Positions 54,852-64,000 of a stretch of 64,000 bases of DNA are shown piece after piece. Every line of letters starts with the position of its first letter. The first letter of the stretch is position 1. A program made the translations under genes and the position numbers. A model generated the notes under the pieces. The model made no database searches and was not told the origin of the DNA. It saw nothing but the letters and a program-made list of their open reading frames with translations. Source of the stretch: an uncultured virus (IMG/VR IMGVR_UViG_3300020195_000012) (Duplodnaviria > Heunggongvirae > Uroviricota > Caudoviricetes); the IMG/VR virus record IMGVR_UViG_3300020195_000012. One strand, 5' to 3'.

Positions 54852-56330
54852 CTATTTCATGCCCTGTGGAAAATTCAAAGATTCAGCATGATTTACAGAC
54901 ACAGCAACCTTATGGCAAACTGCATCAAACATACCAGCCGCAGAACCATACCCATTACCTGACGCTTTTATTCCCGTAAATGGCAAGTGGCTCTCGGCTC
55001 CAATGCTGCCAAGATTGAAATAGATCATTCCAGCATCGCAACGATTGCGAATCTCTCTCATCTTTCTGAAATCGTTAGTGACAACTCCTAACGCCAATCC
55101 AAAATCCGTATCGTTGTAGATACGAACAGCATCATTCAAGTCGTCAAATGGAATGATCGCCACGTGGGGTCCAAACACTTCTTGCTTGAGATATGGTTTG
55201 TCTGACCATTCTACCATATAAACAAATGGATTCAAGAAATAACCATCTGATTTTGGCTTTCCGCCATCGTACAAGATTTTGGCGTCTTTATCATTCCTAA
55301 CCATCTCATTGAACACGCAAACTCGTTCAAGTTGTTCACTACTAATCAAAGGTCCGAATTGAATTGGCGCAGAAATATTGGGTTTGAACGGATCACCAAC
55401 ATAAGCCTTACTAACCACATCTACAAATTGTTCAGCAAAATCATCAACAATGCTTCTCTGGACGAGAATTCTTCCAGAAGATACGCAACGTTGACCACTC
55501 AACTTGAATGCACTGTTTGCAGCCGCATTGACAGCCAATTCACGATTTGAGTCACTGAATACGATTACGGCTGACTTACTGCCCAATTCACAACTGCAAG
55601 TCTTGTGCTTCGTGTCTGCGCAATGCTTTCTTATCAGTTGCCCGACTTCAGCAGAACCAGTAAAAACGATATGATCTACATCGGATTCAACCAGCATTTT
55701 GCCAACATTGCCGTCACCGTGAATCAGGTTGAATACACCTGGAGGGAAACCAGCGTCATTATAAAGTTTAGCAATCGCATCGCCAACCAATGGAGTGAGT
55801 TCACTTGGCTTCAAAACCACAGTGTTTCCTTCCAATAGGGCTGGACCACTACACCAGAATCCACCGACCGCAGCTGGGAAATTCCAAGGGCTGACGACAG
55901 CAATTACACCTTTTGGCTTCCTGATCACGTAAGAATCACGTTCAGGCAATTCGGATGCAACGACATCCCCGCATGATTCGCGACCTTTACTGAAGCACAA
56001 TTGAGCCATGTGTAATGACTCGATAACTTCTGCGCGACTTTCGTTGAGACTCTTGCCTGTTTCTAGGGAAATTATGGTTGTAATTTCATCAATTCGGGAT
56101 TTCATTATCTGACATAATTTGTCGAATAAGTCTGCGCGTTGTACGCGACTCATTGCTTGCCAAGCCGGTTGTGCTTTGCGAGCAGCATCTACTGCATATT
56201 TTACATCAGATTTGCTTGCAATGGCAAATTCAGCTATTGATTTGCCATTGCAAGGGTTGAGTGAAGTAAAGAAATCCGTACCAAGACGTGGTTTGCCATC
56301 AATGTAACAATAGTTAATACCGTAATTCAT
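54852..56330 (-). CDS. NAD(P)-dependent aldehyde dehydrogenase
   Basis: PWNFP, KPSE, FTGS, ELG.K, GQRC, EVFGP, PF.G.K.SG. Confidence 0.93.
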   Translation of the reverse strand: MNYGINYCYIDGKPRLGTDFFTSLNPCNGKSIAEFAIASKSDVKYAVDAARKAQPAWQAMSRVQRADLFDKLCQIMKSRIDEITTIISLETGKSLNESRAEVIESLHMAQLCFSKGRESCGDVVASELPERDSYVIRKPKGVIAVVSPWNFPAAVGGFWCSGPALLEGNTVVLKPSELTPLVGDAIAKLYNDAGFPPGVFNLIHGDGNVGKMLVESDVDHIVFTGSAEVGQLIRKHCADTKHKTCSCELGSKSAVIVFSDSNRELAVNAAANSAFKLSGQRCVSSGRILVQRSIVDDFAEQFVDVVSKAYVGDPFKPNISAPIQFGPLISSEQLERVCVFNEMVRNDKDAKILYDGGKPKSDGYFLNPFVYMVEWSDKPYLKQEVFGPHVAIIPFDDLNDAVRIYNDTDFGLALGVVTNDFRKMREIRNRCDAGMIYFNLGSIGAESHLPFTGIKASGNGYGSAAGMFDAVCHKVAVSVNHAESLNFPQGMK

Positions 56331-56350
56331 AAAGTAATCCTGTTTAAAGT

Positions 56351-56584
56351 TTATTCACCGTAGCGAAACATTTCATCCCATGCCCGTTCTCTCTCTTCCA
56401 AAAAAGCAGCATCTTCCAATACTTGCTTTATTTTCTTGAGATTTTTCTTGAGATTACATGCTTTAAAAATAAAAAGACGAAATTCATCTGAAGTGAGGGA
56501 GCCATCTTCATAGAGCCTCCTCACTTCAGTTACGGCTGCGGAGAAATCTTTCTCCACTGCCATGATAAGTTCTTGGTGTTTCAT
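56351..56584 (-). CDS. Small hypothetical protein
   Basis: ATGA-coupled ORF. Confidence 0.5.
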   Translation of the reverse strand: MKHQELIMAVEKDFSAAVTEVRRLYEDGSLTSDEFRLFIFKACNLKKNLKKIKQVLEDAAFLEERERAWDEMFRYGE

Positions 56585-57990
56585 GGTTTGATGAAGAGAA
56601 GACTGCCCTTGAGTTCTGCCTGTGCATCACGCAGGCTGTTCATTATGACCGAGAAGTCTTTTGGCGACAGCGCATCTGCTTTTTGCAATGCCGCTACATT
56701 GGTCTTAATGCTGGTCAGAAGTTCTTCCAACTCAGTGACCATTCCGTCAAATGACGCCATGTCAATCTCCAAAGGTTCCAATGTGGTTTCGTTTAGATCG
56801 GAAAGAGCTGAATCTTTGTTTGACGCAGAAGTTCTTGCGTCAATATCGTCGTCGTCATCTGCGAGAGTTCCTGGGTCTACATCGCCCTCGCGATCACGGG
56901 ACACAATCGGGGATATCAGTGATTTTTTTTTACGGTTGATACTTGGCACCGTTCCAGTATTGGCACCGTGATCAACTTTACTTTCAACCCGCTCAGTCTT
57001 GGGTGGAGTTGCAACTTCCTCATCCTGCAAAAGACGACTGATTACTCCACTAAGAACCTTTGGAGCTTTGGAACGGAACATTTTCTTTCCGTCATCGTCT
57101 TCTGCCTTGTAATCGTAAAACTTCGTCTTCGTGATCTTGAACTTCTTTGTTTTCCACACGTCTTTATCTGGGTTGTCCACTTCCTCATCAGATGGCTCTG
57201 CTTGCAGCATCCAAACTTGATAGGCTGGAAACTCAATAACCCGTTGATCGTCCGGAATATAAGGTTTAATGCCCGGAGTCATCTCCACAGCACTTCGCCA
57301 GATTTCCGCTGTTGAGCAGAAAAAGATTTGTCCGATTGTACTTCTGAGATCAATCACATGCAAAGGTCGTTCTTCGTCACGGAACAACCAAAGTCTGCGA
57401 CCACGTTCGTTGTCTGCTCGTTCCGCAACAGCAACCGCCATTGCCCCATAATTGACCCTTGAAAACACTTCCTTCATTCCCATCATCCGATAAGCGATAT
57501 CGGGCGGAAGATTGGGAAATTCTTGTTTCAAGTAGTCTTCTTTGTTCTTGAATTCTTCTCCACTCTCAAACATGGAAAGAAGAATTTCCGAATCACAGTC
57601 AGAACGAAGATCATATCGACTCTTGAGAGCCGAATATTCGGGTATCTTCCCGTTATGGACGAGAGCTGTACGTCGATTTGCGCTTGCGTGAGGGTGATTG
57701 TTTTTGTTGTGTTTTTCGTGTCCTGCACCTGCCGTACTGAATCGGCAGTGTGCAATCAACAAATCCGCATCCACAGCAGCAAATTGTTGGGACCAGATAT
57801 CTCGTCCCACGTAGATGGTAGATTTAACTGGTTCCTTGTCGTAGAAGATTTGGTTGTTGCCACGCTCACAAGCCCAAAACCCCGCAGCATGTTCGCCGCG
57901 AGATTCCGTCTTGATGAATAAGGCATTAGCCAATTCAAACGACGTTTTCGGACTCTTAGACCTACCAATGAATCCTAATATGCCACACAA
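56581..57990 (-). CDS. Class II (Ntn) glutamine amidotransferase domain protein
   Basis: TTG start giving MCGILG; RG.HAAG, HCRFST, NNHP, HNG, DSE. Confidence 0.85.
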   Translation of the reverse strand: MCGILGFIGRSKSPKTSFELANALFIKTESRGEHAAGFWACERGNNQIFYDKEPVKSTIYVGRDIWSQQFAAVDADLLIAHCRFSTAGAGHEKHNKNNHPHASANRRTALVHNGKIPEYSALKSRYDLRSDCDSEILLSMFESGEEFKNKEDYLKQEFPNLPPDIAYRMMGMKEVFSRVNYGAMAVAVAERADNERGRRLWLFRDEERPLHVIDLRSTIGQIFFCSTAEIWRSAVEMTPGIKPYIPDDQRVIEFPAYQVWMLQAEPSDEEVDNPDKDVWKTKKFKITKTKFYDYKAEDDDGKKMFRSKAPKVLSGVISRLLQDEEVATPPKTERVESKVDHGANTGTVPSINRKKKSLISPIVSRDREGDVDPGTLADDDDDIDARTSASNKDSALSDLNETTLEPLEIDMASFDGMVTELEELLTSIKTNVAALQKADALSPKDFSVIMNSLRDAQAELKGSLLFIKP

Positions 57991-58059
57991 GGTAATGCCC
58001 CTTTCTTGCGGTTCTGAACGATTCACCAAAGTATACTAAACTTTATAACCTGACGTCAA

Positions 58060-58494
58060 CTACAAACTCATGTGCGATCCACGTTCGAGAGGTTCATCCT
58101 CGTCAGGCTTGGGCTGACTGTCTGTAGGTTTGTCTTCATTTCCTAAAGAGTTGATCGGAACTTGGAGTTTGTCCAACATACCTTCCATCTCCGAAACTGA
58201 AGAGGCTACAACTTCTTGAAGGTCGTCATTCTCATCAATCGCCTTCATTAAAGCAACACCAATTTTTTGTAGGCTTTTAAGGTGTTGGACATCTTCATCA
58301 TCCCAGCGTCCATGCAAAATACGTCGTATCTGATTGACAATGCCTGTTGATGCGCGGATCAGGGCGCGATTGCCCATACTGGCTGCATCTTCGTGTAAAT
58401 TCTGAAGGGCAGTTAAAATGTCTCCTGCCCTTTGTCCAAGATATTGTTTCGACTCATTAAGAAGAAAATATCTAAATTGCTCCATTTTATTCAT
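58060..58494 (-). CDS. Hypothetical, putative internal head protein
   Basis: EQFRYFLLNE N-terminus. Confidence 0.5.
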   Translation of the reverse strand: MNKMEQFRYFLLNESKQYLGQRAGDILTALQNLHEDAASMGNRALIRASTGIVNQIRRILHGRWDDEDVQHLKSLQKIGVALMKAIDENDDLQEVVASSVSEMEGMLDKLQVPINSLGNEDKPTDSQPKPDEDEPLERGSHMSL

Positions 58495-60146
58495 ACAGTA
58501 TTTACGGTCTTAGCTAAAGTTTCTTGATGCTGAACAATTGCTGCTGCAACCAATCCACGAAATAATGGCGCAGCATTAGTCAAACGACTCTTGAATTCAG
58601 GATGTGCTTGCGTCCCAATGAAATAAGGATGAATGGTTTTCTCCATTTCCATTATTTCAATTAAACCCGTTTCTGGGTTTTGCCCGCTTACTATGAATCC
58701 CTTTTTTGCATATCTTTCAACAAAATCAGGATTTACTTCATATCGATGTCTGTGTCGTTCACTAATCAATTTATTTCCATACACTTCTGCCGCAATGGTG
58801 TCCTTGGCTAATTCACAATCGTATGCTCCCAATCGCATAGTTGCTGATTTAGTCTTGAGTCCTTCCTGACCTTCTACAAAATGGATGACTGGATGAGGAG
58901 TCTCTTGATTGAATTCCAGACTGTTCGCTCCTTCTAACCCACAGATATTACGTGCAAATTCAATTACTGCCATTTGCAATCCAAGACATATTCCCAGAAA
59001 TGGAATCTTTTTCTCTCTGACATATTGAATGGCTTTAATTTTGCCTTCTGTGCCTCTTTTATCAAATCCACCTGGAACAATGACTCCGTCCAATCCATCA
59101 AAATACTTATGAAGTCCACGATAATCTTTATATTTTTCTAATTCTTCCGCCTTAATCCATTTGATTTTAACTTTTATATCGTTGGCAATACCAGCATGAA
59201 TCAACGCCTCTTTCAAAGAAATATAAGCTTCTTCTCCGTCATACTTGCCAAAAATACCAATCTCGACTTGAGAAAATTGGTTGTTTGTATATTTCTCTAC
59301 CACTTCACGGTATTTTGAAATATTACATCTAGAACGATTCAGACGAAACAAATCAACAAACAAATCATCAACTTGTCGTTCATAAAACTGCAAAGGCACT
59401 TGATAAATTGTCGACACGTCAGCAGCTTCAAAAATATGCTGACGTGTAACGTTGGTTAGCATCGATACTTTGTCTAGTATCTTCTCAGGAATTGGTTTTT
59501 CTGTCCTGCAAAAAATAACATCTGGTTGTAATCCATGTCTCTGAAGTTCCTTTACAGCATTCTGTAAAGGCTTAGTCTTAAATTCTTTAATTGTATTGAC
59601 CCAAAGAACTGGCGCAACCATTACAATCAAAATTTCATCCTTGTGCTTGCCTTCATCCCGCCATTTGAACTGACGCATCGCTTCGAAAAAAGCAAAACTT
59701 TCACTGTCCCCAACCGTGCCACCAATCTCAGCAATGACAATGTCGTGCGTCTTTCCCAAATCCAACAATCGTTGTTGGATTCTGTCTGTAAGGTGCGGCG
59801 TAATTTGGACCGTCTGACCAAGATATTTACCTTGTTCTTGCTCCTCAATAAGCTCTTTGTAAAGAGTTCCAGACGTAACAATATTTGCCTTGCCAACAGT
59901 AATACCCATTATTCTTTCGGCATGACCTAAATCTAAATCTGTTTCTGTCCCGTCAGAACACAAAAAACATTCGCCATGCTCACGCGGGGACAAAATCCCC
60001 GCGTTGACTGAAAGATAAGGATCGAATTTTATATACGTGACATCATGCCCACGAAGTCGCAACAAAAGCCCAATGCTGGCAGCAGATACTCCTTTACCCG
60101 AAGAACTGTAGCACCCTCCCACAATCGTGATATACTTAGCCATCAT
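58491..60146 (-). CDS. pyrG: CTP synthase
   Basis: SS.GKG, ETDLDLGH, EIGGTVGD.E, KTKP.Q, GICLG.Q, RHRHRYE, HPEF. Confidence 0.97.
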   Translation of the reverse strand: MMAKYITIVGGCYSSSGKGVSAASIGLLLRLRGHDVTYIKFDPYLSVNAGILSPREHGECFLCSDGTETDLDLGHAERIMGITVGKANIVTSGTLYKELIEEQEQGKYLGQTVQITPHLTDRIQQRLLDLGKTHDIVIAEIGGTVGDSESFAFFEAMRQFKWRDEGKHKDEILIVMVAPVLWVNTIKEFKTKPLQNAVKELQRHGLQPDVIFCRTEKPIPEKILDKVSMLTNVTRQHIFEAADVSTIYQVPLQFYERQVDDLFVDLFRLNRSRCNISKYREVVEKYTNNQFSQVEIGIFGKYDGEEAYISLKEALIHAGIANDIKVKIKWIKAEELEKYKDYRGLHKYFDGLDGVIVPGGFDKRGTEGKIKAIQYVREKKIPFLGICLGLQMAVIEFARNICGLEGANSLEFNQETPHPVIHFVEGQEGLKTKSATMRLGAYDCELAKDTIAAEVYGNKLISERHRHRYEVNPDFVERYAKKGFIVSGQNPETGLIEIMEMEKTIHPYFIGTQAHPEFKSRLTNAAPLFRGLVAAAIVQHQETLAKTVNTV

Positions 60147-60192
60147 AACTCACTTTTAAATATAATTTACCACTCGATCAATTATTACCAAA

Positions 60193-60957
60193 TTAATTAC
60201 AAATACTCATAACTTTCTTCGACTTCGACTTTGATTTTGTCTTCGGCATCGACTTCGGCTTTGGCTTTGACTTGGACCTCGACTTTGGCAAATAACTAAC
60301 TCCATAATAGTTCTGACTGTATACTAGAAGTTTCTGAGATTCATTTTTTGGATTATCTACAATCTCAATGTTTGACGAATTGAGATTATTTTTCATGTAA
60401 TTAAGACTAGCATCAACTTCGCCAATTGGCGAAGTTACTATTATACTAATTGTATTGTCATTAACTAACTTGAATATATCTGCATTAGCGGAAAACATTG
60501 ATCGAAAGCGGTGAGCTATTTCATCATAATGACGAGTTTTACCAATTACTTTAAACGGATTACAACCTTTTTCAATCCGTTCCTTTATTTCCGATCTAGA
60601 CACATCACCACTAAAAAGAATAACAGCAGGCATAACGAAATCAATAAACGATTCCATTTCAACATTCAATGAATTCAAAAAATAACTTCCATTAACAATT
60701 ATCATTTTGTTCTTGTTTTTATATCGAATGCCATAATAATGATTTCTGTGTGGAAGAGTAGAATTAAATTGAACACTTCCTCTTTCACTACTCTTCCACT
60801 CAAATAGTGTTCCGTCAATCAAAATGGTGTCCGGAAACTTACTTGCTGAAATTGTCTTGGACAACGGCAATCTTATATCTTCCAATTTACATATCATTAA
60901 ATCCGGAACAGCAGTCAAATAAAGATACGATTCAAAAATCGACTTAGGATAAAACAT
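60193..60957 (-). CDS. Hypothetical protein with KSKPKP-repeat tail
   Basis: ORF; low-complexity basic C-terminus. Confidence 0.5.
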   Translation of the reverse strand: MFYPKSIFESYLYLTAVPDLMICKLEDIRLPLSKTISASKFPDTILIDGTLFEWKSSERGSVQFNSTLPHRNHYYGIRYKNKNKMIIVNGSYFLNSLNVEMESFIDFVMPAVILFSGDVSRSEIKERIEKGCNPFKVIGKTRHYDEIAHRFRSMFSANADIFKLVNDNTISIIVTSPIGEVDASLNYMKNNLNSSNIEIVDNPKNESQKLLVYSQNYYGVSYLPKSRSKSKPKPKSMPKTKSKSKSKKVMSICN

Positions 60958-60981
60958 TAAATATACCTTATTGAAAATAAA

Positions 60982-63249
60982 TTAAATTTCACAATTACCA
61001 CCTGCACATGCTGCTGCTTCAACTAACTTAGTGTTATCTTCATCTTCTATACAAGTCGTGTAATCAACTGGCTTATATTCCCTCTTCAAATCAAGCCAAG
61101 TCTTTAATAACGATACTTGCTTCAAACAATAACACGTATGACGTAAATCACCAGCAAAATATCTCTCACTGAACTGACGGAAACGTCTAATCCAATCCTT
61201 CTTGCGATCATTTTCTTCTTTTGCATCTTTCCACCGCATGAACTCCTGAACTTCTTCAAAAGGACCATACGGATGATTATCGTTCCAAGACATAATCTTG
61301 TCATAATCACCAAGACTCATCGCTGCGTCGCACGCGATCCACAAGTTGTTGCCAAATGCCGCCAATCCATCCACAATCAACCCAGACGCCAACATGCTTC
61401 CAGAACCGTACTTCGCTATCAATTCACCCGCTTCTAACACAGCAACCATTGGCGCTTGCTGATAATCCAAATCACCAGTCTGAGGCAACAAAGAAACACC
61501 TGCAAAATACTGACGGTTGTTGTAAATGAAATCTCTTACTTCATCCCATTCATTGTGATCAACATTTATCGTGTTGCTAACATTGTGAGTCAACCATGGT
61601 TGCGTACATAATTCCTTACGTGTTCCTGGCAATACCCAATTTTGTTGAGTGGATTTAACAGCTTCCAATAATTCTACTGCACTGACATCCTTTTTAGTTT
61701 GTGCAGTTTCAGGAACATCGATACAGAAAGTAATAACTGCATCCGTCTTATTAGCAGACCAAACAGATTCTTCTACCGCTAATGGATTCACTTTATAGAA
61801 ATGTTGAAGTGGCGCTTCCATCTTATTGGTTTGAACACGTCGTAAGTATTTTCTCCAGTGATGCGGGTGAATTCCAGAAGACGTTCCTAAAATACACGAC
61901 GTAGTTCCAGCTGGTTTAATACATGTCGATCTTGCCGAAGGGTTAATTCCAATTAGTTTTGCAATATCAGCATTCGTATCCAATACCAATTGAGCCATTT
62001 CACGTTGAATATCAGGATTTAATGTTATACTTGGATTTTCCATAACACCCGTGATACTGACGCCCAACAATGCTTCTCTTCGAACAATTCTTTCTGTTAT
62101 TTCTCCCAAGTATGGAAGAGAAGTGTATCCTGCTTGAAGAGTGCCAATAATTGCTCCTGCGCGTGCAGCAATGGCAAAATCTTCTTTAGTTTTGATTAAT
62201 CCGCCATTGATTTCTGACAAATTGCAAAAGTGCCAGCCACTTTTGCCAGTCGTTTCGTCAACAGGCCACATTCCAATTTCAACACAAGGATTTACAAGGC
62301 ATTCTGTGCTATCAGCGAAAAGAAATCCTGGCTCGCCAAATTCCTTGACGCTTTTCATTATCTCGGCAAATTGCTCTGCTGTCGTCTTGTCTCGCAAAAG
62401 CAACACACTGTTATTTGATCTTCCCCTCTGTGGATTGTCATAAAACCAGTTGCCGACCTTGGCATTCATCATCAATTCGTCATCTGGCGAGAACAGACAG
62501 ATTGTAGCTGAACGCCGTACACCACCTGCCAAAACTGCATCAGAAGCATGCATCACAATGTCATACGCATCAATTGTTCGTAGAAAATTTTGATTGCTCT
62601 CAAGACAACGATCTAATAATTTTCTAATCTTCTCCAACGCGCGACGTAATGGTTCTGGACCAGGAGCCTTTCCAGACGACGAATTTAACTTAGAGCCTGC
62701 TTCTCTAACATCAGAATAATCAAAAACCACATTGCATCCTGCATACTCTGGATATACAGGCATATAAAAATAACTACTTAGTAGTACGCCTAACGCATCT
62801 GCCCATCCTTCAATGGAATCAGGAATTAAATACTTCTTCTTGTCTAACTTTTCACGTTCTTGTTTCGTATGAGAAAATAAAGACAATTTACCAACATGGT
62901 GCTTCTGAACTGAGAAACCCACTCCAGAACCGCAAAGCAAAAGCCAAAACGCTTCTTGGAAGAATCTCAATCGATCACAGAATGACACGCAGCAATTATA
63001 AATTCTCGCATTTACTTTCTCAATTGGTTTTCCACCAAACTGAAGTGCGCGTTGAGAACCTAATACTCTCTTTTCTTTGACTCTATCGAATGCCCATTCA
63101 ATATGATCTTTAGCTTGTGGATAACGATTCAAGTGCATATTCTTGACACGATCTACTGCTTCATCCCACGTTTCTCTTCGCTTCTTTTCTTCATTGTATC
63201 GTGCATACCGAGAAGTAAATGTATAATCTTTAAGTGCTTCTATTGACAT
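60982..63249 (-). CDS. nrdJ: Class II (B12-dependent) ribonucleotide reductase
   Basis: YNC, GSGVGFS, GGVRRSA, NPCVEI, CNL.E, KPAGT.S, terminal CAGGNCEI. Confidence 0.88.
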   Translation of the reverse strand: MSIEALKDYTFTSRYARYNEEKKRRETWDEAVDRVKNMHLNRYPQAKDHIEWAFDRVKEKRVLGSQRALQFGGKPIEKVNARIYNCCVSFCDRLRFFQEAFWLLLCGSGVGFSVQKHHVGKLSLFSHTKQEREKLDKKKYLIPDSIEGWADALGVLLSSYFYMPVYPEYAGCNVVFDYSDVREAGSKLNSSSGKAPGPEPLRRALEKIRKLLDRCLESNQNFLRTIDAYDIVMHASDAVLAGGVRRSATICLFSPDDELMMNAKVGNWFYDNPQRGRSNNSVLLLRDKTTAEQFAEIMKSVKEFGEPGFLFADSTECLVNPCVEIGMWPVDETTGKSGWHFCNLSEINGGLIKTKEDFAIAARAGAIIGTLQAGYTSLPYLGEITERIVRREALLGVSITGVMENPSITLNPDIQREMAQLVLDTNADIAKLIGINPSARSTCIKPAGTTSCILGTSSGIHPHHWRKYLRRVQTNKMEAPLQHFYKVNPLAVEESVWSANKTDAVITFCIDVPETAQTKKDVSAVELLEAVKSTQQNWVLPGTRKELCTQPWLTHNVSNTINVDHNEWDEVRDFIYNNRQYFAGVSLLPQTGDLDYQQAPMVAVLEAGELIAKYGSGSMLASGLIVDGLAAFGNNLWIACDAAMSLGDYDKIMSWNDNHPYGPFEEVQEFMRWKDAKEENDRKKDWIRRFRQFSERYFAGDLRHTCYCLKQVSLLKTWLDLKREYKPVDYTTCIEDEDNTKLVEAAACAGGNCEI

Positions 63250-63289
63250 ATAAACCTCATTTTAGGGAAAAGTATATAATCCCTACCTA

Positions 63290-64000
63290 TTACTTTCTAA
63301 TTGACGTAGTTCCATTTTTCATAACAACTTCGATTGTATCATATCCACTAAGTAAATCCAAAAGGTCTGGATCATGTGTAATAACAAATACTTGTCTATC
63401 TCTAGATAATTCACAAACCATCTTGAACAACGATTGAACACCTGGACGGTCAACGTGCGCAGCGACCTCATCTAGAAAAATAACACTTGGACAAGTATTT
63501 GCCGTCATCATCATCACATGCGAAAATGCTTGAGAGATCGCCAAATCTATTCTGGTGTGTTCGCCACCGCTCAAACCTGCGTAAACGAACGGGTCTTGAT
63601 CGACTGGATTTCTCTGAATTACCTCATCTAACTGATTATTGAAATGCAGTTGAATTCTTCCATCCATCAAAAACTGCAACCAGTAATTGATTCTTGAGTT
63701 CAATGCAGGAATCATCTCATCGATTACAAATGCTCTTATGCCATCGTCACCAAAAGCCCTAACCCAAAAATTATAATACGGCACATGAGTTTCTAACGTT
63801 TTTGCTTCAGTTCTATGTATTTCCGTCCTGGCTTCCGCTTCTTTGAGTTCTTTGTCTAACGTTTGTATCATTTCAATGTACGGATCATTTGTCTCAAACC
63901 CATCTTTGGTTTGCTTGACCAAGTTGTGAAGATGTTCAATATCACGTTCCAATACCATGATTTCGCCTGCTGCGTCTGGTCTGTTGATCTTGACCAGTTC
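63290..64000 (-). CDS. gp46: gp46/SbcC-like recombination ATPase, C-terminal part (5' end off the window)
   Basis: LSGGE..R.DL, LDEV...D..G, VITH. Confidence 0.9.
   Translation of the reverse strand, partial: ELVKINRPDAAGEIMVLERDIEHLHNLVKQTKDGFETNDPYIEMIQTLDKELKEAEARTEIHRTEAKTLETHVPYYNFWVRAFGDDGIRAFVIDEMIPALNSRINYWLQFLMDGRIQLHFNNQLDEVIQRNPVDQDPFVYAGLSGGEHTRIDLAISQAFSHVMMMTANTCPSVIFLDEVAAHVDRPGVQSLFKMVCELSRDRQVFVITHDPDLLDLLSGYDTIEVVMKNGTTSIRK

Noticed and set aside
54276..63249. Bacterial chromosome segment or prophage boundary
   Set aside because: Host-like genes are interleaved with phage genes (gp46, nrdJ, targeting-tagged ORFs) at similar composition, with no integrase or att site
1..64000. 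CRISPR array, tRNA or rRNA genes
   Set aside because: No regularly spaced repeats or cloverleaf seen by eye; intergenic gaps are very short. A tRNAscan or Infernal run would be needed to exclude them fully
1..64000. Alternative genetic code
   Set aside because: Core genes are full length in the standard code and TAA, TAG and TGA all end genes

Overview
64 kb of a large, AT-rich T4-like (jumbo) myophage genome in the standard genetic code. It carries the virion morphogenesis core: gp20 portal with an intein, gp21 protease, gp22 scaffold, gp23 major capsid, gp13/14/15 neck proteins, gp18 sheath, gp19 tubes and gp26/gp51-like baseplate/chaperone genes. It also has two gp55-like late sigma factors, gp46, a class II RNR, host-like metabolic genes (pyrG, pyrF, efp, iscA, aldehyde dehydrogenase, two amidotransferases) and a dispersed glycosylation toolkit. 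Most notable: (1) a transposase-less tnpB with no room for an IS left end, flanked by a duplicated and recoded tail of the upstream gene, so its predicted guide matches the reconstructed empty allele (RNA-guided homing); (2) a 346-bp protein-less IS200/IS605 element that keeps a TnpB-type omegaRNA and splits a gene exactly at TTAC, plus a second copy at the window edge; (3) two extra insertion-less major capsid paralogs, plus extra tube, sigma and head-closure paralogs; (4) about a dozen unrelated proteins sharing a T4-like capsid-targeting N-terminus, including ADP-ribosyltransferase-like proteins; (5) a -1 frameshift fusing the gp26-like gene to a start-less gp51-like ORF; (6) late promoters positioned to give leaderless mRNAs. 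All product calls come from motifs recognised by eye; no database search was run.
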